From positions 1-52,559 of IMG/VR virus record IMGVR_UViG_3300025828_000031: a stretch of 52,559 nt of DNA, one strand, 5' to 3'. Within the stretch, counting starts at the first letter, position 1. Every line of letters begins with the position of its first letter. Under the pieces are notes generated by a model that worked only from the letters and a program-made list of their open reading frames with translations, had not been told where the DNA came from and did not search any database. Shown in pieces: positions 9,658-19,092 of this stretch. A program made the translations under genes and the position numbers. This stretch comes from a virus. Taxonomy: Duplodnaviria; Caudoviricetes.

Positions 9658-10453
9658 GCGGCAAACTTACTGGACTATCACTATCTAGTACATCTTTTTG
9701 TATAGTATAATCAGAGTCAGGCGAAACAGGTCTTGCTGATGTTTCAGTTCTAACGGTCTCAAGATATCTATCCGAATCCAGCGAGTTGACGTCCATATTG
9801 AACAGGTCTGCATCGACGCGAGTGATGAGAGGACCTTGCGATGGTTTTGGACCATAGAAGTTAATTTTCATATCAAAGGTAAGAGTGTAGATAATAGTTC
9901 TACGATCTTCCATCGCACCTTCAAAGTTATCAGTAAAGGCGACCGACTGTAAAATTACAGGAACATCTTCCTTAATATCTGGGTAATCTTCTATCGGTTT
10001 AAAGGTTGCTGTGTACTGAGGAGCAAAGTATGGTAGAATTTGTTCTACAACTTGTAGTGCATCATTGTGTTGTTTAGCATAAACATTCAACTCAAACGTA
10101 ATGATGTATGGCGTACCAGTGTAGAACTTTGCGCCAGAAGTATTGTCATCAATATGCTGTTTAGTAAAGTAATTTGTTTTTGGTAGTTGACGTTGAGGGT
10201 CGTATGCTATCGCCAAAACTTCAAAAGACATACGTGGAAGTTTAATTGCTAACTGTCTTTCATTATCCTCACCGTTATTCATCTCGTTTATTCTTTCTAA
10301 GAACTTGCGAGCAGGAGCATATGCCAGAGGAACTTTTTGCTGGGCATAAACATTGTTACCGTCACGACGAATAATGTATAGGTTGTTAAACATTGCACCA
10401 AATACTGCAACGCACTTCCTAACCCGTTCGTGATAAAAATGAGTGCCGAACAT
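9644..10453 (-). CDS. gp15: Tail sheath stabiliser / tail terminator
   Basis: MFGTHFYHE, KVPLAYAP, LPRMSFE and QVVEQILPYF motifs. Confidence 0.95.
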   Translation of the reverse strand: MFGTHFYHERVRKCVAVFGAMFNNLYIIRRDGNNVYAQQKVPLAYAPARKFLERINEMNNGEDNERQLAIKLPRMSFEVLAIAYDPQRQLPKTNYFTKQHIDDNTSGAKFYTGTPYIITFELNVYAKQHNDALQVVEQILPYFAPQYTATFKPIEDYPDIKEDVPVILQSVAFTDNFEGAMEDRRTIIYTLTFDMKINFYGPKPSQGPLITRVDADLFNMDVNSLDSDRYLETVRTETSARPVSPDSDYTIQKDVLDSDSPVSLPHAYE

Positions 10454-11397
10454 TAACTAAAATCTCCAAACGGATTGTCTTCACTGAAGTCTACAAACTC
10501 AAGCACAGATACATCAAAGTCCGTAACATTTGAAGTCCATCCATCAGTTTGCCCAGTTGGATTTATATCTCCACCAGCAGCATTAGATTGAATTTGTTGA
10601 AGTTCTCTTATTACTGTTGGAGTTGCTATAGAAGATGCTACGTTAACACTATCTCCATGGAAGAGTTGGCGAGTAGTTGTAAAAGTTTTATATTCACCTG
10701 AAGTATTACCCACATTGCCAAGGTAGAGAGTGTTGTCGTCACCATTCCAACCAACCACTTCACCAGTAACAACGTAATCGTCAAATGCCTGAGTAACTCG
10801 CTCGCCTCTGGTAAATCCATTAGAAGCAGAATCCATAGTAAGTTGCCACTGATATGCGGCAAACTCTTCAATTTGAGTGACACCAACATTGGAACCAGTA
10901 CTGAACCTTTCTGTGCTGTACTCGAACAATTCGAGTCGCATTCTAAACACAGGGAGTTGACCTAACTGATAGAAAGGATTCTCGTCCTCTACCTTCATGA
11001 TCTCGAAAGTAGAATTAGACAAAGGGATGTGAATTAAATCGCCTTCCCTTGGACGATAATATTTTTCTCCTGGTCTTTCTTGGTATTGTCGAATCTCTTG
11101 ATTGAATCTACGACGTGCCATGACAATAGTGGCGGCATCTCGAATCTCTACACCAAACTTCTGGAAGAGATCCCCGTCACCATCATACCCTTCTACGTTT
11201 TCAACATAGACTTCTACTTGGTATGCATACTTAAACTCAGATAAAGTTTCATCATTAAACACCATATCTCTGGACACAACTTCTCGGGGCAGATAATAAA
11301 CATTCTGCCCGTAGAACTTGAGGGATTCAACGATTAAGTTTTCGTAGAGACTTTGTTCAGATCTTACGTTATGTCGAAAATGTTGAGAGAGTGCCAT
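10453..11397 (-). CDS. gp14: Neck protein
   Basis: EQSLYENLIVESLKFYGQNVYYLPRE, RPREGDLI, PFYQLG and C-terminal DFSEDNPFG motifs. Confidence 0.95.
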   Translation of the reverse strand: MALSQHFRHNVRSEQSLYENLIVESLKFYGQNVYYLPREVVSRDMVFNDETLSEFKYAYQVEVYVENVEGYDGDGDLFQKFGVEIRDAATIVMARRRFNQEIRQYQERPGEKYYRPREGDLIHIPLSNSTFEIMKVEDENPFYQLGQLPVFRMRLELFEYSTERFSTGSNVGVTQIEEFAAYQWQLTMDSASNGFTRGERVTQAFDDYVVTGEVVGWNGDDNTLYLGNVGNTSGEYKTFTTTRQLFHGDSVNVASSIATPTVIRELQQIQSNAAGGDINPTGQTDGWTSNVTDFDVSVLEFVDFSEDNPFGDFS

Positions 11398-11400
11398 GCG

Positions 11401-12159
11401 TCACCCCACAAAGAAGTCGGGTGGCACTTCCTGTTCGAGACGCATCCTTTCTCGAATCTTTTCTTGTTCTTCTCTGCCCTCTTCGATATAGCGTGCGCCA
11501 CTAATAGTGACGCCGCCAGGAAGTTGCATACCTTCAAACTTTGACATATTTTGCCCCCACTGCTCTTTAATTAGGGCAGTGGTGTAATCTTTAATAAACA
11601 TATCATTGTATACGCTGGTATGCGCTGTTGGATCAACGGTTTGATAAACCTCAAGTGCGATATATTTTCCAGCACTCAATGTGCCATCCTCTATATCGCT
11701 GTGCATATATAAACGATTTTGCCGACGTGCAAAAGTAATTAACGGGAGACCATTGACTTTCATATCAATCAACTCCATATACTGGCGAACTTGATCATAG
11801 TATGCCAGACCACCATAACCAACATCAGAAAGTTGATGAAAGTCGCTCATGGCAAATTGGTAGTTGAATGAAAAGAAATTAGAACTGTTAATGACCGAAG
11901 AACTAACAGGAAACATTTTAGTTACATACAATATATTGGTAGGTAGAGTAATATATTTGTTTGTAATGTCATCAGCAGTTAACTGATGTTCGTAATACAC
12001 GCGCATAGTTGCGTCGTGATGAAACTCCTGATACAACTGAATGGCATCATCGATCTTATCTTCGATTTGATCTTCGTCGACATTGACTTCAATAACTGGT
12101 TCACCCAGTCGGCGAAGGCAAAAGTCGATCAGGTCAGCGCGAGATGAAACTACTGCCAT
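11401..12159 (-). CDS. gp13: Neck protein
   Basis: LIDFCLRRLGEPVIEVNVDEDQIED and KEQWGQNMSKFEGMQLPGGV motifs. Confidence 0.96.
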   Translation of the reverse strand: MAVVSSRADLIDFCLRRLGEPVIEVNVDEDQIEDKIDDAIQLYQEFHHDATMRVYYEHQLTADDITNKYITLPTNILYVTKMFPVSSSVINSSNFFSFNYQFAMSDFHQLSDVGYGGLAYYDQVRQYMELIDMKVNGLPLITFARRQNRLYMHSDIEDGTLSAGKYIALEVYQTVDPTAHTSVYNDMFIKDYTTALIKEQWGQNMSKFEGMQLPGGVTISGARYIEEGREEQEKIRERMRLEQEVPPDFFVG

Positions 12160-12163
12160 GTTG

Positions 12164-12712
12164 TTATCCGTTTAGTAGTGTACCAGCAGAATCGTAAATT
12201 CCGATTCCGTTGAATCCATCAACTTTGTCAGCATTTAAATTAGTTACCACAGTGCCTGAAGTAACATCACTGAGATCGAAAATAGAAGCAGCAGCGATTC
12301 TATCATCTGCACGTGCATTAGTGAAGTATAAGTTCGTAAGTTCAGACAGATTCGCTGTAGTTTTAGTATTAGTAAAATCACTATCAATCTGCTGTTGGAC
12401 TTTTACCGAATCGTATGATTCTACAGTAGCAAAAGAAAGGACGCCGGAACCATTTGTGGTCATAAACTGATTGACATTACCATCAGTAGTAGGATATGTC
12501 AATCCATTAAATACTGCACCATTTGATGCAGTTAAAGTATTCGAGAACGTCTTAGCACCACTAATAGATTGAGTGGTCGCTAGAGTTACATAAGAACTTG
12601 ATAAAGAAGATGAAAGGTTGGCAACATCAGAATCTAATGCCTGAAAGTTTGAGTCCAACTCTTGTAGAGTTAGAGCAGAACCTTTTGTTAAACGTAGAGT
12701 GAGATCGGCCAT
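12164..12712 (-). CDS. Putative short fibre/collar-associated structural protein
   Basis: N-terminal LTLRLTKGSALTLQELDSNF anchor-like motif; fibre-type segments YPTTDG..Q.MTTNGSG.LSF and NLYFTNARA; sits next to gp13, the fibritin position. Confidence 0.6.
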   Translation of the reverse strand: MADLTLRLTKGSALTLQELDSNFQALDSDVANLSSSLSSSYVTLATTQSISGAKTFSNTLTASNGAVFNGLTYPTTDGNVNQFMTTNGSGVLSFATVESYDSVKVQQQIDSDFTNTKTTANLSELTNLYFTNARADDRIAAASIFDLSDVTSGTVVTNLNADKVDGFNGIGIYDSAGTLLNG

Positions 12713-12737
12713 ACCATCATATCCTTAGGCAAAGTAG

Positions 12738-12757
12738 TGGGGGAACGTATTCCCCCA
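12738..12757 (-). terminator. UNCG-type hairpin, probable weak terminator or stabiliser after the 126-aa gene
   Basis: Minus strand TGGGGGAA-TACG-TTCCCCCA followed by CTACTTT, an imperfect U tract. Confidence 0.6.
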
Positions 12758-12776
12758 TACGACAACAAACTTACGA

Positions 12777-13157
12777 TTAATTTGGTGCTTCGTAAGTAAG
12801 TGAAGAAATACTAATTGTGTCGCCAGCACCGATAGCAGTAGATGACAAGATAATGTCACCGCCACCACCAGTAGCAGTTACGGAACCAGTGAAGCAAGAG
12901 TCGCCGCCACCGGAGAATACAGTAAACTTAGTTACAGTACCTGCTTTGCAGTTAGTGTCGTCTGTGATTGCAGCAGCAGTAGCAATACCATTAGCAGCGC
13001 CACCGAATGCAGTAGCACTAAAAGTAAGTGAAGCAACTACTGAATCGTTCTGACCACCGTTCTGAAACTTAATAGAACCAGCACCGCCAGCGTCAATCAG
13101 ATCAACAACATAATCCGCAATACCGTTGCGAACGTCAGTTGGGTGAGTAACAGCCAT
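12777..13157 (-). CDS. Small beta-rich virion structural protein (G/A/T-rich)
   Basis: 126 aa; strong SD (AAGGAG); flanked by a late promoter and a hairpin; composition typical of fibre or decoration subunits. Confidence 0.6.
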   Translation of the reverse strand: MAVTHPTDVRNGIADYVVDLIDAGGAGSIKFQNGGQNDSVVASLTFSATAFGGAANGIATAAAITDDTNCKAGTVTKFTVFSGGGDSCFTGSVTATGGGGDIILSSTAIGAGDTISISSLTYEAPN

Positions 13158-13181
13158 TTTTATCTCCTTTTTAGGATGTTA

Positions 13182-13346
13182 TTACTTTTGGTTTTCTTCT
13201 GACTTCTTGCCGTCGGCGACAAGTTTTGCCAGTTGCTCTTTCGAGACTTTCGCGGTCACTTTCACCTCTTCACGAGTGCCATCCTTTCGGATAACAGTGG
13301 CAGTTCCCGTCAACTTTCCAAGACCAGTTTTAGTCTTAATACCCAT
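13182..13346 (-). CDS. 54-aa small protein missed by the ORF track
   Basis: MGIKTKTGLGKLTGTATVIRKDGTREEVKVTAKVSKEQLAKLVADGKKSEENQK*; GAGG upstream; fills the gap between same-strand genes. Confidence 0.75.
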   Translation of the reverse strand: MGIKTKTGLGKLTGTATVIRKDGTREEVKVTAKVSKEQLAKLVADGKKSEENQK

Positions 13347-13382
13347 TATTTATAATCCTCAAATATTCAAAAAATTATTTAG
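13347..13382 (-). promoter_or_regulatory. Two late promoter motifs (TATAAATA 13347-13354; CTAAATA 13376-13382)
   Basis: Motifs seen directly; the second overlaps the stop of the 118-aa gene. Confidence 0.7.
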
Positions 13383-13731
13383 TCACACTTTTAGATACAA
13401 TTACCTTGCCTTCTAAAATTCTTTCTACATACGGATCACCTGTCGCCGAATCCGTGTACTGTAACTCCACATCATACACATACCTTCTCCTCGTTAGAGC
13501 ATCAGTTTGTGTGTTAGTAAGGATTATATCTACAATCCCATCAGTAGCAGGAGCAACTATCGCAGTTTCAAATGAAATTTTCTCAGAAGAATCTGCACCA
13601 TAACTACGGTTGATCTTTCCTCTGATTATAGACTGAGACAAATTCCTGTTAGTTCCGTCTGCATCAAGGAGTCGCAAACGCCATCTAGCATCTGCTCCTT
13701 GGTCTACATATAAATCTTCATACAATGCCAT
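13375..13731 (-). CDS. Small beta-sandwich structural/adaptor protein of a family common in T4-like fibre regions
   Basis: LYVDQGAD ... L.LTNTQT..L...RYVYDVE ... RILEGKVIVSKSVT pattern. Confidence 0.65.
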   Translation of the reverse strand: MALYEDLYVDQGADARWRLRLLDADGTNRNLSQSIIRGKINRSYGADSSEKISFETAIVAPATDGIVDIILTNTQTDALTRRRYVYDVELQYTDSATGDPYVERILEGKVIVSKSVTK

Positions 13732-13760
13732 TTGTTATGCCCGACTACTTCTTTCTATTC

Positions 13761-13768
13761 TATTTATA
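13761..13768 (-). promoter_or_regulatory. Late promoter TATAAATA
   Basis: Overlaps the stop of the 1535-aa gene. Confidence 0.75.
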
Positions 13769-16700
13769 CTGCTTCTATGGCAGATGGTTTGGTTCTAATA
13801 ACAATTGTTACTTGCTTCGGTTTAGTTATTCGGAACGATCTCACCAATGGTACTGCAGCAGATACTTCTCTTCTAGCACCAGTTCCTACAACATTTGATA
13901 CGCCAACTTCATCAGCAGTTAGATCTGCTTCTATCACAAATACAGTTCGTTTCGTAACAGCATTGACTGTAGATGGACCAGACCTTGGTATGGCAACACC
14001 ATTACTATCCGGAACACCATCTGCTACTTTAATTATTCTTTCCGCAACACCCGTTACAAGGCAATCTACCGTAGTAAGTGCATCGCCGCCTTGGTCATCG
14101 ATCTCACGTTCACCTACACCAGCGACTATCGACACACCAACTTCAGAGGCAGTCAAATCTGCTTCTACAGATACAATAACTCTTTCAGCAGAGCAGACTA
14201 CAGTAACATCTTGAGCAGCAACAGCGGTGCTAACAGAAACCACCTTCCTTTCAGCAACGCCAGAAACTTGTGAATCTTCTGAAGATAGAGTTACTACTGG
14301 TCTTATTATACGTTCAGCAACACCAGCAACAGTTGAAGGATCAGTGTTAACGTCACCATCTATCGCGCCTTCTACTTCTAGTTCTACAATACGCTCAGCA
14401 ACACCTGCTATCGTAGAACTTTGCGCAGCAGGATTAGGAACAACATCTACTACAGTTCTCTTCGCAGTACCTTCTACCAGAGAAGGAGTACACTCTAAAA
14501 TACCACGAGGTTTAATAATAACATTTGTGGTTGCGTTGACGGTGGATGCAGGTGCTTCTAATGTTACTGCTGATCTAATTTCTCTTTCTGCTACTCCACT
14601 GACATCAGAAGGTTGCGCAATAGGTGAGACAATCTTTTGTACATCTATAGTACCTGCCATATTCGGATGGTACTGACAATTGTAGTAAAGATTGTCCGGT
14701 GCGTTTAATGGAACATCAAATACTATTGTTCCGTTGTCTTCTCCGTTATTAGTTACACCATCATTATAAGCATTTTCTGTTCCAGTACCGATAGGGAAGG
14801 ATGTTCCTGGTACAGACTTTATCCAGAAAGGATGTCCTGGTGTACTAACTTTGATTATGTACTTGGAACCCTTATGGAATTCTAATGTTGGATTCTGTAC
14901 ACCATCAATCACCCATGCACTGTTCCCGCTTCGGGATACCATATGAGTGATTCTTTCTCCACTGCCTGTAACAATCCTCTCTGCTGATCCAGCAACGTCA
15001 GAAGGATCGTCAACTATCAGTGCCGATTGTTCAGTAATTACCTCACGCTCGGCATCGCCAACTACTACAGATAGACCAACTTCGGAAGCAGTTAGATTCG
15101 CATCCAATGCCACAATAGTTCTTTCTGCGACAGCATAAACAACATTATATTCTGTAGGTCGTATTGTTAATGAACCAGCATCAATAATCCTTTCGGCAAC
15201 ACCAGAAATTGTTACGTCACTAGCAGCAAGTGCTTGTGTAATATTATTTGTTTCAATCTCGCGTTCAGCAACACCAGCGACTCCAGATGCGCCAATCTCA
15301 GCAGCAGTTAGATTACCTTCGGCAACAACAACCTTACGTTCTGCGTTACCCACAACCGCTGATATACCAACTTCAGCAGCGGTTAGATTAGTATCTACTC
15401 CAGTTATAATTCTTTCAGCGACACCCGATACTACTACATTTTGCGCAGATAAAGTTACTGCTGATCTTATTTCGCGTTCAGCAATACCAGCAACTATATT
15501 ATTCGCAGTTGGTACTAGCGTTGCCGATGTTCTTATCTCACGTTCAGCAGCACCAGAAACAACCGCGTCTTGATCAACAACAGTAGTATCAACATCAACT
15601 ATGGTGCGCTCAGATAGACCAACAACCACTGCATCTTGAGCAGACAATTGACCTTGTGAATTTGATGTAATTTCTACTGTTGAAGTTATTACACAATCAT
15701 CAGCAACTATAGCAACATTACCAGCGAGCAACTCACGTTCAGCAGCGCCAGTGACGACTGAATTTTGAAGTTGATTTGAAAGTGCAGGTAATACAGTAAT
15801 CGTACCGCCCATACTACCATGGTATTGACAATTGTAGTAAAGGGTGCTTGGTGCATTATCCGGAACTACAAACGTAATCGTTCCTACATCATCTCCATTA
15901 TTAGTGACGCCATCATTGTATGCGCCACCAGTACCAGTGCCAGGAGAAGATTTAATCCAGAAAGGATGTCCAGATGCAGTTACAGAGAATATGTATGTAG
16001 ATCCTCTGTGGAATTCTAATGTTGGATTAGTTTGACCGTCGATCTTCCAACTAGCAGAACCATTGTTAGTTACAGTATGTACAACGGTCTCTGGGGTGAA
16101 CCTATGCCCAACTGTACCAGTACCAGTTATTTCTCTCTCAGCGACGCCCACTACGTCTGATTGGTCGTCCACCACCGCAGCGGCACTTTCTGTTACAATT
16201 GAACGTTCGCCATTACCAGCAACTACAGAAACACCGATCTCGGCAGCAGTCAAATCACCATCGAGTGCATTAGAGGTTCTTACTGCAACTCCAGCAATCG
16301 TTGAAGATTGAGCAGCAGGAGTTGCGTCAGTGTCTACTACTATTCGAGTAGCATTACCACCAACACCCCAACCGACAGCACCGAGGTGTCCGGAACCAGT
16401 TTTCTTAACTTCTCCCAGTCCAGTAACTGTGTTATTATTAGTAGGTTTAAGAGCACCGCCACTTTCTTGCGTAATAATGCGCTCAGCAGCACAAACTGTT
16501 GTTGACGACTGCGCTTGTAGTGCAGCGGATTGTGAAACTATCTTGTTCTCTGCTAAACCAGTTACTACGGAAGGTTGTGCTTGTATAGAACCAGACTCTG
16601 TAACTATTTCGCGTTCAGCAACGCCACTGACCGGACCTGTTATTACTTCAGATACTTGTAAAACAGTGCTACCAGCAGTGACTACCCGTTCAGCAAGACC

Positions 16701-18371
16701 AACGACAAGATTATTAGCAGAAGGTTGGAATTCAGCATCACCCAATTGATTACTGGTTATTTCAACTACAGCAGCAACGGTAGAACTATTTGTGCTCAGT
16801 GCCGCAGAAGTAATTCTGCCCACATTAGCTGTGGCAACAATTTCAGCATCATCGTCGTGGACAATTGCAGCAAAAGTGGTGTTGACTTGTCTCTCAGCAT
16901 CACCAGCAACATCAGTAAGAACTACTGGTCCATCGTGTAGATCGCCAGAACCAGTAATAACACGTTCAGCAACACCAACTGCTACATTATTGTCAGTTGG
17001 TTTAAATGCTGCTGCGCCTTCTTGTACTATGATACGTTTAGCGACACCAACGATTGTTGATGACTGTGCTTCTAAACTACCATCGCCAGTCTGTACGACT
17101 TCACGTTCAGAAATACCAGTAACGACAGATACACCGACTTCAGAGGCAGTAAGGTTTGCATCATCTGGTGTAATAATCCTTTCTGCTACACCAGTTACTA
17201 TAGATGCAGAAGATTGTTGTAATGCGCCAGAGGCATTCTTTTTCCTTACACCTTGACCAGTGACAACATTGTTGTCAGTTGGTTTAAACTGTGCAGCACC
17301 TTCTTGTACTATGATGCGTTCAGCAACCCCAACGGTTGTTGAAGACTGCGTTTGTAGTGCAGCAGATTGAGATACAATACTATTTTCTGCTAAACCTGTT
17401 ACAGAAGAACTTTGTGTTTGTGGGGTTGCGTCCACATCTACAATAATACGATTAGCAACACCAAATGCTGTCAATCCTTCTGCTTGTATAGCAGCTGAAC
17501 CAGTAATGATCCTTTCTGCAACTCCAGATACCACAGGCACAGAAGATTGCTGTAATACTCCTGTACCTGTTATAATATTTTCTGCTTCACCAGTTACTAC
17601 AGAAGATTGTGTTTGTAGGGCAGAACTGGTATTATAACCAATATTACCTGAACCTACAACTCCACCAATAGGTTGAGATTCTAAAGAACCGCTTGAAGTG
17701 ATAACTCTTTCAGCGACGCCAGATACTATAGATACAGAAGATTGCTGTAACGCATTACCACCCTGATCGTCGATCTCTCGCTCAGCAATACCTGTTACTA
17801 CAGAAGATTGAGCGGCAAGCGTTCCTGAAGCATTTATAGTTCTTTCGGCAACTCCAACTATAGTTGCATCTTGTGCTTGAACAGCACCGGATGCGTTACG
17901 TTGAGCATTTGAAGTACCGCTTACAGTAGAGGATTGCGCCTGAACAGAAGATAAAATATTGTTAGAGGTACGGGCACCTGCGCCAGATACAGAAGATTCG
18001 CCAATAGAAAGTGCACCAGAAGCATTGATAATTCTTTCGGCAACACCTGTAACTTGAGAAGGAGTATCTACTTCCGCTGCTGCAACAACAGTTACAACAG
18101 AACGTTCACCGTCACCAGCAACGTCTACAACAACAGAAGGACCGTCATGTAGATCTGCTTCTAATGCAATAACTGTACGTTTTGTGGTAGCAGAGGTGGT
18201 GGCATCTTGCGCTTGAACAGCACCAGAACCTTTTTTAGTTATCTCAACAGCAGCACTTACTGTAGCGTCTTGCGCTGTCAACTCAACGACGAGTCTATGC
18301 TCGCCGCCTACATATCCAGGAGCGTGATACGTATCGTCTACGTATGGGATAAACTGTGCTGATGATGCCAA
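13764..18371 (-). CDS. 1535-aa repetitive fibre-like protein with two cupredoxin-like domains (TTG start)
   Basis: Dozens of ~22-27-aa repeats ending in V.GVAER.I; two inserts with NPTLEFH.G...GHPFWIK...LYYNCQYH..M.GTI. Confidence 0.8.
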   Translation of the reverse strand: MASSAQFIPYVDDTYHAPGYVGGEHRLVVELTAQDATVSAAVEITKKGSGAVQAQDATTSATTKRTVIALEADLHDGPSVVVDVAGDGERSVVTVVAAAEVDTPSQVTGVAERIINASGALSIGESSVSGAGARTSNNILSSVQAQSSTVSGTSNAQRNASGAVQAQDATIVGVAERTINASGTLAAQSSVVTGIAEREIDDQGGNALQQSSVSIVSGVAERVITSSGSLESQPIGGVVGSGNIGYNTSSALQTQSSVVTGEAENIITGTGVLQQSSVPVVSGVAERIITGSAAIQAEGLTAFGVANRIIVDVDATPQTQSSSVTGLAENSIVSQSAALQTQSSTTVGVAERIIVQEGAAQFKPTDNNVVTGQGVRKKNASGALQQSSASIVTGVAERIITPDDANLTASEVGVSVVTGISEREVVQTGDGSLEAQSSTIVGVAKRIIVQEGAAAFKPTDNNVAVGVAERVITGSGDLHDGPVVLTDVAGDAERQVNTTFAAIVHDDDAEIVATANVGRITSAALSTNSSTVAAVVEITSNQLGDAEFQPSANNLVVGLAERVVTAGSTVLQVSEVITGPVSGVAEREIVTESGSIQAQPSVVTGLAENKIVSQSAALQAQSSTTVCAAERIITQESGGALKPTNNNTVTGLGEVKKTGSGHLGAVGWGVGGNATRIVVDTDATPAAQSSTIAGVAVRTSNALDGDLTAAEIGVSVVAGNGERSIVTESAAAVVDDQSDVVGVAEREITGTGTVGHRFTPETVVHTVTNNGSASWKIDGQTNPTLEFHRGSTYIFSVTASGHPFWIKSSPGTGTGGAYNDGVTNNGDDVGTITFVVPDNAPSTLYYNCQYHGSMGGTITVLPALSNQLQNSVVTGAAERELLAGNVAIVADDCVITSTVEITSNSQGQLSAQDAVVVGLSERTIVDVDTTVVDQDAVVSGAAEREIRTSATLVPTANNIVAGIAEREIRSAVTLSAQNVVVSGVAERIITGVDTNLTAAEVGISAVVGNAERKVVVAEGNLTAAEIGASGVAGVAEREIETNNITQALAASDVTISGVAERIIDAGSLTIRPTEYNVVYAVAERTIVALDANLTASEVGLSVVVGDAEREVITEQSALIVDDPSDVAGSAERIVTGSGERITHMVSRSGNSAWVIDGVQNPTLEFHKGSKYIIKVSTPGHPFWIKSVPGTSFPIGTGTENAYNDGVTNNGEDNGTIVFDVPLNAPDNLYYNCQYHPNMAGTIDVQKIVSPIAQPSDVSGVAEREIRSAVTLEAPASTVNATTNVIIKPRGILECTPSLVEGTAKRTVVDVVPNPAAQSSTIAGVAERIVELEVEGAIDGDVNTDPSTVAGVAERIIRPVVTLSSEDSQVSGVAERKVVSVSTAVAAQDVTVVCSAERVIVSVEADLTASEVGVSIVAGVGEREIDDQGGDALTTVDCLVTGVAERIIKVADGVPDSNGVAIPRSGPSTVNAVTKRTVFVIEADLTADEVGVSNVVGTGARREVSAAVPLVRSFRITKPKQVTIVIRTKPSAIEAV

Positions 18372-18411
18372 GGTTTAACCTTCTTATAGTTGTTATTATC
18401 AGTACAACTAC

Positions 18412-18418
18412 TATTTAG
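18412..18418 (-). promoter_or_regulatory. Late promoter variant CTAAATA
   Basis: Overlaps the stop of the oxygenase-like gene, about 40 nt upstream of the 1535-aa gene. Confidence 0.6.
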
Positions 18419-19086
18419 GCAGTTTGAATTTCCTCAACTACGTGTTCTGCCATTCTTTTACCTGTTTCATCACTGTTAAAAACAAACGCAATTGTGCTGC
18501 GTAAACAATTAGTACGAGCAGAATGGTATACAATTTTATCATGCTCGTCATATGTACCGTAATACCCATACTTACATTGCCACCCCTCAACGTCTGGGAT
18601 GACAACATGTTCTTTAGTTATTGGGTCTATGTGTTCCCATTGACCGTCGCCTTTTTCAGACCAAGTAAAGATAATATTATATCCACCCGCATTAGCATTA
18701 TTATGCCAACCAATAAAACCACCAGGAGGATATACCATAGACAATGCTTTTCTATGCGCACCCAAGAACATACAAACTTCGTTTACTAGTTCTTCGCCGA
18801 TTTTACCTAACTCTACCTGACCATCAAGATCTTTGTAGCGGAATTGATCAGCTCTTACCTCAAATCCACGCGCTGCTTCAGGAAACCCAAAATGTTCTCG
18901 ACCTCTATGCATTATTTGGTTACAGTATTCCTGAGAACAATACCAGTCGGCATCTTCATCCGGATGTAAATTTGCCACTCTATTTAAATCTATAGATTTG
19001 ACAAAGTCAGCATATTCATCTAATAATTCAATAAATTCTGCATTGCGGATTACCGCAGTATTCATCGGTTTCTCATGAAAATTCAT
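18415..19086 (-). CDS. Putative 2OG-Fe(II) oxygenase / double-stranded beta-helix hydroxylase
   Basis: YPPGGFIGWHNNAN (first His), VYHSAR (distal His) and LRSTIAF (Arg strand). The usual HxD carboxylate is Asn here. Confidence 0.65.
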   Translation of the reverse strand: MNFHEKPMNTAVIRNAEFIELLDEYADFVKSIDLNRVANLHPDEDADWYCSQEYCNQIMHRGREHFGFPEAARGFEVRADQFRYKDLDGQVELGKIGEELVNEVCMFLGAHRKALSMVYPPGGFIGWHNNANAGGYNIIFTWSEKGDGQWEHIDPITKEHVVIPDVEGWQCKYGYYGTYDEHDKIVYHSARTNCLRSTIAFVFNSDETGKRMAEHVVEEIQTA

Positions 19087-19092
19087 AATGTA

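Noticed and set aside
1-12159. Introns or inteins in gp17, gp20, gp23 or gp18
   Set aside because: Lengths are normal and motifs contiguous; no splice-junction or endonuclease motifs seen.
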